From NCBI RefSeq assembly GCF_902459465.1, contig NC_047070.1, positions 13,516,001 to 13,580,000 of the forward strand: DNA of 64,000 bases, in the 5' to 3' direction. Below are positions 1 through 12,600 of the stretch, piece after piece. The notes under the pieces were generated by a model, which saw only the letters and a program-made list of their open reading frames with translations, was not told the DNA's origin and ran no database searches. The first letter of the stretch is position 1. The number at the start of each line of letters is the position of its first letter. The position numbers and the translations under genes were made by a program. This DNA is from Asterias rubens. Its lineage: Eukaryota.

Positions 1-83
1 ACAAGTAAACATGTAATGGTAGTTCTATTGTTTTTGCCTTGTAGGTAACAATGGATTTGACTATGGTGGTTCGTATAATAATA

Positions 84-1137
84 AACTGCTCACAAAAAGT
101 AAGGAAACTTTTTTCAATCCAGTATATTTGTTATTATTTATTACTCTCTTTGTATATGGTATATATCAATGCAAAGCTGAACTGTTCCTCTTTAAGATGA
201 TACCACAGTTGCAATGATTACATGTTGCTGGACTTGACCACGTTAATGAGAATGAGACAACGTCACAAATCAAATGTGCCAAAACTAGCAATTTTGTGTT
301 ATTGTAATTCAAACAAGCAAGACAACATACTGATCTTAATCCACTTTATTGAGACAAGAAGTTTGGTATAGAGCAAGACAACTTACTGATCTTAATACAC
401 TTTATTGATACAAAAAGTTCAGTAACAAGTGAATGATCCGAAGGCGTTGACGACAGCCTGGCACCTTCTTCTCATGCTGCACACAGGTCTTGTGATGCGC
501 TGATGATGAGGGATCGCGCCAGAACCACCAACACATCAACTGTGGCTGACCTAACCAGGTTCCTTAATAAAGAATGGAACGCCAAACTGGTCCCACAGAT
601 GTTCCATGGGATTCAGGTCTGGACTGTTAGAAGGCCAATCCATCCGGTGCACCACAACATTTTTCAGGTAGTCACCAGTCGGGCTTGATTGGGGCGAGCG
701 TTGTCATCTTGAAAGATGGCATTTGGTCCAAGAGTCTGCAAGTATGGGACTGCATTCGGCTGTAGAATATCGGTTTGCAAATACCCATCAAACAAGGTGT
801 TTTTCGTTAGATGAGGGTTAATTGTGTCCGATGAGCTCACTGGTGCAAATCATTGTGTAAACCATTGGTGGTTCTGAAAAGCTTGATCGATTCGATTATT
901 GAGCATTACCTATTGACCATTCACAGACAACGGTAATTTTGGCACATTTGATTTGTGACTTTGCCTCATTGTTATTCGTGTAGCCAAGTTCAGCAACATG
1001 TAATCATTGCAAATATGGTATCATTTTAAAAAGGAACAGTTCAGCTTTACATTGATATATACCATATACAAAGAGAGTATTAAATAATAACAAATATACT
1101 GGATTGAAAAAAGTTTCCTTACTTTTTGTGAGCAGTT
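84..1137 (-). mobile_element. Internally deleted Tc1-family DNA transposon with ~200 bp terminal inverted repeats
   Basis: Left TIR 84-284 (AACTGCTCACAAAAAGTAAGGAAAC...) mirrors right TIR 937-1137 (...GTTTCCTTACTTTTTGTGAGCAGTT). TA flanks both ends (82-83, 1138-1139), and a transposase remnant lies inside. Confidence 0.9.
419..789 (-). pseudogene. Tc1 transposase C-terminal DDE fragment, frameshifted
   Basis: The minus strand translates to GYLQTDILQPNAVPYLQTLGPNAIFQDDNARP, then after a frameshift YLKNVVVHRMDWPSNSPDLNPMEHLWDQ, and finally SMRRRCQAVVNAFGSFTCY*. These are typical Tc1 motifs. Confidence 0.9.
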
Positions 1138-1704
1138 TAGTAGTCGTTTGGAAATGGTAAATTCAGAAAATCAACCTCCCAAACGTCCGCAGTGTGTGAT
1201 TACTACCAGAATGATCAAGGTGCATTAGCTATAAATTATGGACATTGCGTCACGTGCATTTTATGCCTAGACTAAAATTGGTTATATGCCATTGGCTGCA
1301 AAGTAATTGACCGTTAAAATGCCCATTTCTACCAAATGGTCACATTGAGTTAGAATTTCCCCAAGAGAATTAGACCCATTCGAATGTGTACAGGGGCCTA
1401 TTAGTCAGTAACTTGAATTTATTAATTATTTTTGAAAAATAAAATCGATGAATCTGCACAAAAGCGTAAGACAAGACTGAAACCTCAGCGTTTCGGTGGA
1501 ACTTCAGGCAGGCAGACTGAGCCTAAATCGGAGCATAAGCTTAAGCCTAGGTATAAGTCGGGGCCCGAGCCGTAGCCTAAGACGGAGTAGGCATAGTGTT
1601 ATAGAAAAAGGGCATTACGGGACCAGTGGTATCCACTAGCTTGTGTAATAATAACGGAGATCATAATACACTATACATTGCAGTGTTAAAACAATACAGG
1701 TTAA

Positions 1705-2080
1705 AGGCAGTGGACACTATTGGTAATTACTTAAAATAATTATTAGCATAAAACCTTTCTTGATTACGAGCAATGGGGCGAGGTTGATGGTATAAAACAC
1801 TGTGAGAAACGGCTCCCTCTGAAGTGACATAGTTTTCGAGAAAGAAGTAATTTTCCATGAATTTGATTTCGAGACCTGAAGTTTAGAACTTGAGTTCTCG
1901 AAATCAACCATCTAAACACACACAACTTCGTGTGACAAGGTTATTTTTCTTTCATTATTATCTCGCAAGTTCGATGACCGATTGAGCTAAAATTTTCACA
2001 GGTGTGTTTTTTATGCATATGTCGAGGTACACCAACTGTGAAGGCTAGTCTTTGACAATGACCAATAGTGTTGACTGCCT
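1705..2080. mobile_element. TTAA-flanked MITE, family A (Kolobok-type)
   Basis: TTAA|AGGCAGTGGACACTATTGG...CCAATAGTGTTGACTGCCT|TTAA. One of 11 copies in the window. Confidence 0.85.
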
Positions 2081-3124
2081 TTAACGTTGAGTGGTGACAC
2101 GGGGAGGCACACTACGCCCCTGTGCCTGGAATGGCTACATGGTCGTACTAACACCATTGGTTGTCAAGTTAGAATACGTAACATTGTCAGTAACAAGAGA
2201 ATCATTCTTATCAACGTTTTTTTTTAATCTGAAAGGTTAATTTTTAAAGAAAAACTTGGATTTGCTTTACTGAAAAATGTTCAGTTTGAATTACCGTGAT
2301 AGGTGCTTCTAAAATTGCCATTTGATTTTCGATTGTGACTGTTTTTTTTATTTGAATTATTGTCAAATCGATTACTAGTTGAACATTTTTTGCGTCAAAA
2401 AACGCGTCAAACACGAACTAAGAATTGCATAAAATCTACATTTTAAAATGATGACATTTGTCTTAAAGGTTATGTGATTAGTTACAACAAAAATTCTTAA
2501 CTCTCTGAAGAACTGAGATATGTCTTTCTTTTTCTCAGAGGAGAATTTTGGAAAAAATATAATTAAATAATTTCGTTTCCAGCAAAAAAAAAATGTTGCG
2601 TCAAGATCTTCACCTTAACTTTTAGAAGTTTCAAAGCAATCATTTGGAATCTGATATTTGTGGTATTAGTGTTGATAACAGATGGCTTAAATTATTGCCT
2701 CAGGAAATGGGAAATGCACGGGGTTCAATTTAAGACCTATCTAAAGAGAAATGCCACTGACTGATAGGGTTGTGACATCACCGATGTCTAAGTGAAATCA
2801 GATACCACTTCACCTCTCCTGAACTTAGTGTTTATAAACGTGTAACGGTCGTTTGCGCTGGTAATTGCTTCCTCTTGGCGCTCTGTATAGATGATTTAAG
2901 TTACGGCGATTTATGTTGGAATGGAAAATGACGTATTGAGCGAAGGCTAAAGGGAAACAAACGCTGCGAGTATCATCCACGCCGACTGTGTGCTTCTCTG
3001 CATTTAGCTCAGACTTCCACTGCAACCCGTTCATTTTCGTCTTGAAGTTATGAGCGTATAGCATACATTCTGGTTTATAATTCAGAAATTTAATAGAAAT
3101 TATGGTTGTTTCTTGTTTGCCTAG

Positions 3125-3158
3125 GATAAAGTACTTTGAATATTGTGTATACGGGTTG
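3125..3158 (+). other. Candidate non-coding 5' UTR micro-exon of the main gene
   Basis: Acceptor tttcttgtttgcctag| and donor TTG|gtaaga. Supported by splice signals only. Confidence 0.3.
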
Positions 3159-3606
3159 GTAAGATTTAAACGGTATTAGGATTGGAAAAAATGATGTGAG
3201 AAGAACCTCATAGTTACCCCTCCAGAAACCGTCTGCACTTAACCACTCAGTAACACTGCAAGGTCATGTTGGACAAATTCCATTCCACTCTCGCGGCTCG
3301 AGTGTTAAGCTAACCTTTCTGAGAGTGCGTTTTTCCCGAAACAGTGACAGTCCACTCCAAGACTCAACTACTTTCATAATTCCAACCTATCTTACTCGAT
3401 GGCCTTTTTCTTCATGTATTTTGAGTTTTAGTGAGGTGACTGCGGAATTTTTATTTAAAGCAAATAGAGAGTCTTCAAGTATTGAATATAATACAGTCCT
3501 TGTGATTGTTTCCACAGGTGCTTTCACCATTCGATTACGATGAGAGGAAGCTGACTACATCTTTGGGTAGCAACGGGACCTCAAACTGAGGTACTGCTAG
3601 AACATC

Positions 3607-4002
3607 ATGGGGGACCCCAATACAGTAGCGTTGTACTACGTGGGGTGCGGTGAGGTGTGTAGTTCACTACCCGGCAGGCACATCGAGGGCCTCATTCATC
3701 TACTACTCCTTCGGCACCTCAGAGACGAGATACAATCCTCAGATGGTATTGAAGCATTTTCTCCGACCAGACCCCTCGGTGAGGCTATCGGGAGGCGGGT
3801 GGACTTCCTCCAGAGCGGGGACTTCAGCGGCCTGCGAGCCGTCGACCATGAGACAGGGGTGCTGTTCCTGGGGTCGAAGTGGTATGCTGTCGGTCAGTGC
3901 TCTGCTAGCACCACGCTAAGGCAGTGGTTCTCTATCACGGTGGGCTACACGGATGATAAAGAGTGGACTTGCTATGTCTTCAGTGCTCCTTCCAGGCGAC
4001 AG
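3607..4002 (+). CDS. Coding exon 1 (exon likely starts at 3518): N-terminal PTB/PID domain
   Basis: ATG in atcATGG context with an in-frame TAG at 3598-3600 upstream; acceptor ttgtttccacag| at 3517; donor CAG|gtaagt in phase 0. The translation has the PTB pattern YYVGCGEV...SGLRAVDHETGVLF...WFSITV...WTCYVF. Confidence 0.8.
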
Positions 4003-4249
4003 GTAAGTCCTCAAATTTATATTAGGAAATGTTAGAAATGATACAATAGAAATGTGTACGTTCTCATATTGGTCTCCAATCTTGTGGAGTACATCAGAAT
4101 TTAAGTTGTGTTATACTTCGGCTCCATATTTAGCTAGTACGATTGTTCAGGGTGTCAGTAATAATCAACCTGTGTATAGGTTTATAGGCTTATGACAGTT
4201 AAAATTCGGTTGACGAATAGAATATGACTGGCACCGCAAAGATAGATAT

Positions 4250-5085
4250 TAGGGAGCTTTCGATTCGGGACGGTAGGCCCACATGACGGAAGGTAGCACA
4301 ACGCAGTGGTCCGGATGCTCACGCTCGAGCACTCCCGTCGAGTATGTTGGTGTCATAGAATTGACTCAAGTCTCAGTGCAGTGCGGATCTTTTTTCACTG
4401 TCCCATCGCCTAAACATCAGACAACTTTTGCGCGGCTGGCATCCCCCAACCTGTGCCTGGTCATTCTCGGGACCACGATAGCTACATTCTGACGTCGGAT
4501 ATGATTAGGAACCTCTCTTACGAGGACGGGATTAGAATCAAGTCTAACGGTGACACGGCCCACTTGATAACTGTGCAGTGCTTAAAAACCATAAAAAAAC
4601 GTGTTCAAAATTACACCACTCGGTCATGCGTACAGACCGGACGTTGTTTCACCCCGAAATAGTTCTCAAACTATGATGGCACATGCGCCGATCGATTTTT
4701 CCGCTCACTTACACTGATCTCTAGTATAATCAGTAATCCCTTATCGCCTATCGTTTTCCCAGGAAAGACCACTTATCAATTATCATAAATGAGCGTATTT
4801 TCCTTCTTTCTCACATGGGCGCAACCAACCAAGCGCTACAGTACCCTCTACTTGTATTGCATACAAGTACGTGTACTGTGTTACCAGGTCAGCTCCACGC
4901 GTTCCGTCTTCCGTCTTTGTTCAGGCAACCACTGAGTGCATGATCGGTTGGAATTGCACCACGTGGGAAAGTAGGTAAAACAGGCCAATACTGATGCTAA
5001 ATGGCGTCATCTTCCCTGGAAAAAAATACGCTTAGAATTTGTTACCGTCCCCTCGCTCCTCCCCTCCCGAATCGAAAGCTCCCTA
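4250..5085. mobile_element. Non-autonomous DNA element with a perfect 21 bp TIR (PIF/Harbinger-like)
   Basis: TAGGGAGCTTTCGATTCGGGA at 4250-4270 and its exact reverse complement at 5065-5085. The interior is CpG-rich and has no transposase. The superfamily is inferred from the GGG-type termini. Confidence 0.6.
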
Positions 5086-5114
5086 GTGACAAACCATGGA
5101 GACCGCCAACGTTG

Positions 5115-5345
5115 GGGCTAGATGCCTCAGTTTAGTTGGTAGAGCGCCGTCATTTTAATCCGTATTTCGCAGGTTCAAATCCCGCTCTGGTGATTGTTTT
5201 CTTCTTCAACCCCCCTCTAAAAAATATACTAATGCATTAGATAAGATTGTAAGCAACAGGGGTCGCTGGTTCAAATCCCGCCCTTGTAATGTTTCTTTGT
5301 TCAACACCAATTAACTAAAATTTACCTCTACAAACAATTTAGTTC
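5115..5345 (+). mobile_element. Degenerate tRNA-derived SINE head(s)
   Basis: A-box-like TAGTTGGTAG. B-box GGTTCAAATCCCG occurs at 5172 and again at 5268, each followed by a similar tail (ttcttcaacccc / ttgttcaacacc). Confidence 0.55.
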
Positions 5346-7136
5346 TCATTGTGGTTTATTTCCGAATATTATTATACTTTTAGTCTTAAGTTGTATGAGT
5401 AGAGGCCCTCTACCTTTGTAGACAATGCACATAATCATCTCAAAATAAATCAGTAACATTGTCAAACACGGAGTGAATATTGAGAGGGTGTACATAATGT
5501 TATTATAACTAAAGCTGAACTTTTAATTCGTAACTTTTACAATTAAAATATTAATTTGGGGGCAAAATTGGCCAAATCCCAGAAGTATCGTCATTATTAT
5601 TATACTTTCCATACAAATCTTATTTACCCTACGTATTGTGTAGAGTGTAGTAACGTCCGTACTAGGTCTTCCCTGCGCTACCTGCCACTGCGTTGAGATC
5701 ACGTACTTCGACCCACCGCGAAACCTTTAAAACCAACAAGCATTGGCAAATCGTACTTCAATTAATCAGAATTAACGCGGCGCATTGATGACACTTGGCC
5801 GGCGGTGCTGTGCTTGTCGGGGCCGCTAATTCGCTAGATTTGTCTGCGGGCAGTAAGGAGCCCTGACACGGTATACTTGGATTCAGCAGACCCGGCTACT
5901 GATAATTAGTCAAGTGTTTGCAAATGTGTGTGAAGTATGCCGTAAGGTGAAGCTGGCGGGGACAAACATTTTAAAGGGGATATTGTTCACAAATGGGTAG
6001 TTTTACTCATTATATTTCTCATATTTTATGGTGATGGAGCCTTGCGGGTTGGAATGTTATCTATGAAAGGACAATGATGAAGAAAGTCAATGTCAATTAA
6101 GACTGTTAAGGGAAAAAAACACATTAATGGCGAGGGAGGGGAAACCCCATAATCCAGTTTGGAATGTAAACCTAATTCCACATCCGAGGTTTGTAGGGGT
6201 CTGAGATTGAAATGAAGCAAGGGTTGAGATAAGCTAGACCACCGTGCTAACCGATTCCCATGTACTGGCAGACATTATGGCTCAAGAATTAGTGTATGCG
6301 TCGTGATTATAGTTGAGACTTTGGACCGGTAAATGAATATTCGTTAGGTGTCATTTCAATGTCTGCATAATGTAACAAAACACACACATCACGATTTCAA
6401 TAAATATCCACCAGATTGCCAAAGGCTAATCTTGAAGCACACACCCCATGGGTAATATTATTGAATACAGAACACGATGAGAGAAACACGTTCAAGGCAA
6501 CAAACACCTTTTACTTATTACAAGCTTTTACTTTTTTTAACCACAGCTACAACTTGTAAATTATAGATTAGTTATTTTTTTAAGGTTTGTGTACCACCAT
6601 TTTTTCACTGACAGACATTGTCTCATGAGGAATTTTATGTGAATGTGTGTGTGGACAGCTAGAACAAAATTGGCTCTGTTTACCGTCGAATAACGATCAC
6701 CAGTCCTAATTTGAGAATCCCCAAACTGGAAACGGGGTTAGTAGTAGCTTTTTGAAGAAAAAGACAAACCCAGGTACATGTATTTAGTTTATTTTGTCTC
6801 TCCCTCCACCCTTTCTCTCCTTTTCTCTCCTTTTCTCTCTCCTTTGTTTCTCTTCCCCTAACCCCTCTTTCCGGACGGAAAGGAGGGGTGTGCGCCCCAC
6901 GCTCCCCCCCCCTGGACCCGCGCCTGCTTTTTGCTTAACATACATTCACCACGATTATCTACTTTCGGCCCTATAAAATCGACACTCCTGTTTAATAAGC
7001 GCACGCCTATTACACCTTATATGACGATCCTGCTATACGTACCGTAAGACCCGCAGTATATAGTTACGTGACAATACTGCCACGTAATACTCGATACCAT
7101 GTAATACTGTCTACTGGATATATCGGGGTTTTTAAG

Positions 7137-7420
7137 GTTTTTTTATGCAAGTTCGCCCAAAACAAGGCTAAAAGCCACTCTAGGTAAAGGGCTACAATGA
7201 AGAAAACATAATGCAGAAACTCAGTGGAGCTGAAGGTAGGAATTGACATTCCTCTTAAAAGATGGCAGATCATAGGATGAAGGGAAACATGCACCAGGCA
7301 AGGAGTTCCAAAGAGATGCAGTACGAGGGAAAAAGCTACTGGAGTAGTTCTTTGTTCTACATCTCGGCACAGCCACAGTATAAGGATGAGAACAAGCAGA
7401 AAGCCTGGTCTTTGTTTCAA
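7137..7420 (-). mobile_element. 3' end of a non-LTR retrotransposon (Jockey/CR1-group ORF2 C-terminus, 3' UTR and A-tail)
   Basis: The minus strand translates to HPYTVAVPRCRTKNYSSSFFPRTASLWNSLPGACFPSSYDLPSFKRNVNSYL*, followed by a short UTR ending gcataaaaaaa. Confidence 0.75.
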
Positions 7421-7999
7421 TTGTATCAGTTGCAATATCCCTTCCAAGAACTTGAAATTGTGCTAAAATTGTGGTGTGATCTTCATTGTAGAGCGACCGA
7501 TTGTGGTTGGTGGACAAAATTCATGTTATTTACGTTTATTGTGAAAGTTTCACAGCTGCTCGCGTTTGAGAACTTACGGCCTGATAGTTTTAAACACTAT
7601 TTGTCCATTCTTGAGTGTAATTTTGAACTAGATTATCAATATTATTTCACTTCAGTTATTCACTCAATACAAAGTTTTATCTGGAAGCGAGGTTGCCCTG
7701 CAAACATACAAAGCACGCACGCTTTGCAAAGAATTTCAATAAATTATTGGCTAGCTTTGTTTTGCATTTTACTCCGACCGTGCGGATCAATCTTTATCTT
7801 ATGATGAACACATTGGGGTGCGTTGATTCAGTACGGCTGATCACACACACGGTTCCGTGTTGTGGCACGGACATTATGTAGTTCTTTACTCAGAGACTAT
7901 GACTTGAGTTTAGTTCCAAATGCCAAGAAACGTGTATAGTTCATTTTAACTTGAGTTGGGATAAAATATACGAAAAGAAAAAAACAAAAGAAGACTTAA

Positions 8000-8330
8000 A
8001 GACCCTGGACACTATTGGTAAATTATTGTCAAAGACCAGTTTTCTCCCTTGGTGTATCTCAACATATGCATAAAATAACAAACACATGTAAAAAAACACC
8101 TTGTCACACGAAGTTGTGTGCTTTCAGAGGCTTGATTTCGTGACCTCAAACTCTAAATCTGAGGTCTCGAAATTAAAATCGCGGAAAGTTAATTCTTTCT
8201 CGAAGACTACGTCATCAGAGGGAACCGTTTCTCACAATGTTTTATACTTTCAACCTCTCCCCATTTCTCCTTACCGAGTAAGGTTTTATGCAAATAATTA
8301 TTTTGAGTAATTACCAATAGTGTCCACTGC
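8000..8330. mobile_element. TTAA MITE family A, opposite orientation, internal deletion
   Basis: TTAA at 7996-7999 and 8331-8334; termini GGACACTATTGG / CCAATAGTGTCCACTGC. Confidence 0.85.
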
Positions 8331-9885
8331 TTAAAAGTGGTGTCAAAGAGAAGGGCTTTTATCATACGGCTATAGATAGCTTTTGACCCACGTAAGGCTT
8401 AAAGTTCTAACCAATGGCCATATTCGCAACCGAGGTTTTTAAACTTAGCCGCGTTGTGTAAGGATATACGCAAGTAGTTTGGTTTTCGATGACCTATTGT
8501 TCCATTGCCAGACATTGATATCATGAACGTCTCCCTTTACAATTGAAATGGGTGTTTTCCCGGGTGTTTTCCCGGTTATTTATTGGCAAAGAAACGATTT
8601 GGCGGGAGAAGCAAACAGTTTATGAAACGCGCGTGCTTATGTGGCTTTGTTAGGATTCCATTCCAAATGGCTAGAGCCGGCCTCGCACGGCATGAAACAT
8701 GGATTGAAATATGGGATGAAGTGATGCCTGCAATTACAAATCGAGAAAATGATTGGCTGGATTGGTGTTCAAGATCCTACAGACCAAGTACTTGGGCCTT
8801 ATGCAATGCATAATGTAAAAAGGTAATAAGCCGGCAAAACACGGCGCTTTCGCCAACTACATCGAGTATACCTCACTTCATTCGAAGAAAAGGATTAACT
8901 ACGGAGGCCCTGAGGTGCAATTGAATTCATTTCCAGATTGCTACCGAGACGGTTTGAGTAGTAATTCGAGGAGAAAATGTGCTTGATAAATATAAGTGGT
9001 TCACGTTGGCATGAGTTCAGGGATGGGATTTATTATACGATAGAAAAGACGATTCGAGGTTTTTTTTTTGTCAGCCAGGGTACCTTATTGTGTATGTCCT
9101 AAAATGTCCATGAATAGAAACTAACCTCAAACTATAACCTGTGAACATTTCAACAAAGAGTTGCTCTTATGTATATATTGGGATGTTTTTATTTTTTAGA
9201 AAAAGCGTTAGCCTCTAAGATTTGCTGAACAAACATTGTTCGATTTTTTCAATTAATATTTTGACAACAGTTTTAATATACGTTTTTAATAATACTAAAC
9301 TTTCTTTATGAAGTAACTGACTGTATAGTGATCAGCGAGCTCGGCTCGCGCACACCGACGAGACGTATAGCCCCGTGGTCAGATTTCCCGTCGTCGCCGC
9401 AATCATTTTAAGTGTTGTTAATTTAAAAGAGCCTGACTTATTTAGACGCGCTGATTTTGCCTTTGGAGAAAACGAAAGTAAACGAGATCGCGGCATGTTG
9501 ATAAAGGTCATTACCCTGAGCATAGAGCACCGACTCCTCATATCATACTCTAAGAGTTTCCCCAAACTGCGAAGTCCAAATCATATCAAAGACGAATCAA
9601 ATCCAATCTGCTTGCTTCCTTTTCCCCCTTGGTGACTTAGTTCTGCGAAGCCAGTCCTTTCTAGATACACTAAATACAAGATACCTAATCAAGATGAATA
9701 CCAGTCAATGCAAGAACTACGAGTAGCAAACTTTTGTTTCATGACTGCAATCGTTCCTGGTTTGGGTGCATCATCTGTGTGAGGCCGCTAAGCATAGATG
9801 CAAACTAAGCGGGCAGAAGCATAATGGACGACTGCAGAGAGTTTTACTTTACTCCTTTCATTTCAAAGTTGGAAACAAACGCAAA

Positions 9886-10151
9886 GATTGTTAGTATAAT
9901 ATGGTGTGAGAATTGGCTCCCTCTGAAATGACGTAGTTTACGATAAAGAAGTAATTTTCCACGAATTTGATTTCGAGACCTCAGATTTAGAATTTGAGGT
10001 CTTGAAAGGGTGTTTTTTCTTTCATTATTATCTCGCAACTTCGACGACCAATTGAGCTAAAGTTTTCACAGGTTTGTTATTTTATGCATATGTTGAGATA
10101 CACCAAGTGAGGAGACTGGTCTTTGAAAATTACCAACAGTGTCCAGTGTCT
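9886..10151. mobile_element. TTAA MITE family A, truncated at the left end
   Basis: Matches the internal sequence and right end of the 1705-2080 copy; ends GTGTCCAGTGTCT|TTAA. Confidence 0.8.
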
Positions 10152-12476
10152 TTAACGCGACAGTCCTCTTTACATGAGGAAAAGAGGGCACATGATTATT
10201 AATTTTTAGTTTAAGCACCATGTATATAAAAACATAGCCAAATTTTGAGCTGCCTATGCTCAAAGAGCAACTATCGCATCAAACAGAGTAAAGTGACAAC
10301 TTGGAATGTCTTACGACCCCGTACAGTTTCTGATTTCCTGCATTTTTTTGTTAGACAGAAATTGTTAATCGTTTTTGTCTGCTTCAGAAGCTTAATAAAT
10401 AGGTCATGTTATGAAATTGGAAGGCTATTTAAAAGTACCTGTTATTCTGTTAATAGGTTTGGTTGTGAAGCCCAAATCTGACAAACAATTCCATGATTCA
10501 ATGCTTGCGAGGTTCTAGCTTTATGATAAAGTTCAAGTTCAAAATTTTGCATATTGTCCACTTCGTCCGCTGTTTCGTCTGTTACAAGTGGGGATTTTGT
10601 CCCTGGATTTTCCCATTAGAAGCTCAAGTTATGCTCAGACAGCGTCGAGTGCTCGATTCTTACTAAAGAAGTGAGCTCGACACGCTGCCGTGGCAATGGG
10701 GATGGGGCGAACTCGACTCTACCGCAACGCGAAGCCTATTGATCGTGAAGCAATCAATACCGATAGTCAAATATGTATTAATCAATCAATCCAACTAGCA
10801 TAGATCATGGTTAGAATCGATCGCTCTTCATATAATCTCACATCCTCGTGTAACACCCCACTCCCTACAATTCACCACTTCGTATAATGAAGCTCTCACA
10901 TGACAGGTATATGATTTACATCCTGGTATTTTTGTCGATACCCTCTGACGTCATTATCTAGTACAAAACACTTGAGACGCCTTCTTCATGGATGACGTGC
11001 GAAGATGTACATCCTCCATTTCAGGCAGGTGATCTTAGCTCGCACACATGCTTCACAATATTCTATGAAGAGAAGCTGAATAAATGATTTGCGATATGTC
11101 ATAATTTAGTTGTTTTATTTATTGAATGAAGCATTATTAGCCAAAATGATACATTAAAATGATCAATTAAACTTTGACACCTTTATTCCCAGCCTCAAAA
11201 CTGTTTGACACCATTGATACTGAATATCTGTACATGCCTATCTGACACATTACTGTCAACCCCTAATCTACCAAATCTGTTTGCGAAATAAACATTGAAG
11301 TATGAGAACAAATCACAAAACATATTCAACAAACAATTCCTTATTCAAAATAAATGGTTTCAAACTGTCAGCAAGTTTCAAAAAGTGAACATTATCATCA
11401 GAACATGTGTTTAAAAATTAACCGCTGTAAAATGTTCACATTGACCAGCTTTCCAATCGTCATCGTTTCAATAACTATATGCTTTCTGCCTTCTGTACCA
11501 ATACGCCCTTACACACAATAATAAACACTCTTTGCGTTCATACATGTTGCCTTGGTAACCCAAAAGTGCTACATATAGACGAACTTTGCAAAATGTGTAG
11601 CTGAATTTGTACGAGTTGTTCTGCCTTGGCCAGAAGGGCATTGGAACTTGGAGTAGTTACATTCTCACTTCGGCTCCATACTTGTTCCCTATTTGCCAGA
11701 ATGACAACTATGCTGTGATGTATCTTTACACGAGGCGTCTTGTACTTTGTAGCGTAGCAAACCCAGGCGTCTTCTGTCTATTGATTCCGAGGCAGGTGGT
11801 TTAAAGTAGCCGGAAATCTATCCCTTCGGACTCCTGCCACGGGGAATAGACGCATCTTTTTTTCATTCACAGGCTCGTGTATCAATCAGCTTTAGTTCAA
11901 GACCTACGAACACGGAGTTCAAACTAACACATTAATATCACCCTGGTGTCTTCATATATCTTGTTGGGGTCGAAACATAATGTACAATTGTTTCTCACTA
12001 TATACCTTTCTTTTGCAACGTCACAACCCAAGTTTTTGCCAACCCAGATTGGAAAGCTATGGAAAGCCGTAAATACAAATTAAAAAAAGATCGCTAATGT
12101 TTCTAACAATGTTACAAAATTATTCAAAAAAATGTGTGGTTCTATTTATGAGAGGTGTTTTATTTAACTGAAACTGCTGAATTTGGTTAAAACATCTTTC
12201 AATACGATTGAGTGTTTTACTAACATTCGGCCGACCATGCCAACCAAGGCGGTTTGTTTATCAACAAAAGAAAGGTCTATGCTTTCTGTCCACAATTCAG
12301 CTGTTTGACTGACATGGTCGGTTGATAGTTCACAGTATCAAATCAAATCAAATCAAACGAAAACAAAGTACATATTTATCAAGTGAAAAGCAGATAACGG
12401 ATCAGTATGTTCGGAACTCTTTCTGTATTTTGCTATCATTGCAAACGTGATGCATTGATGACGTTTTGGCTCTATA

Positions 12477-12600
12477 TTCTCTTCACCCAGGGGTATAAAT
12501 GGGTACCTGCGAGGGTAGAGGTTGACATTGTGTATGAAAAAACCTTTGGAGCGCTACGGTTGCCCAAGTTGTACTCCCAAGGGAGCTGAGAAAGATTAAA
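12477..12600 (+). mobile_element. SINE body fragment (same family as 58146-58485)
   Basis: TTCTCTTCACCCAGGGGTATAAATGGGTACCTGCGAGGGTAGAG...GGGAGCTGAGAAA matches the reverse complement of 58240-58360. Confidence 0.75.

Noticed and set aside
3607-4002. Profilin-like reading of exon 1
   Set aside because: The PTB pattern (Y-x-G-x2-EV, G-L-R-A-V-D-x2-T, C-Y-V-F plus the terminal helix) fits over the whole length.
7262-7804. 180 aa plus-strand ORF
   Set aside because: It is largely the antisense of the LINE 3' fragment, with no domain or splice support.
11600-11830. piggyBac Cys-rich C-terminal remnant on the minus strand
   Set aside because: It needs several frameshifts, and most of the Cys ligands are missing.
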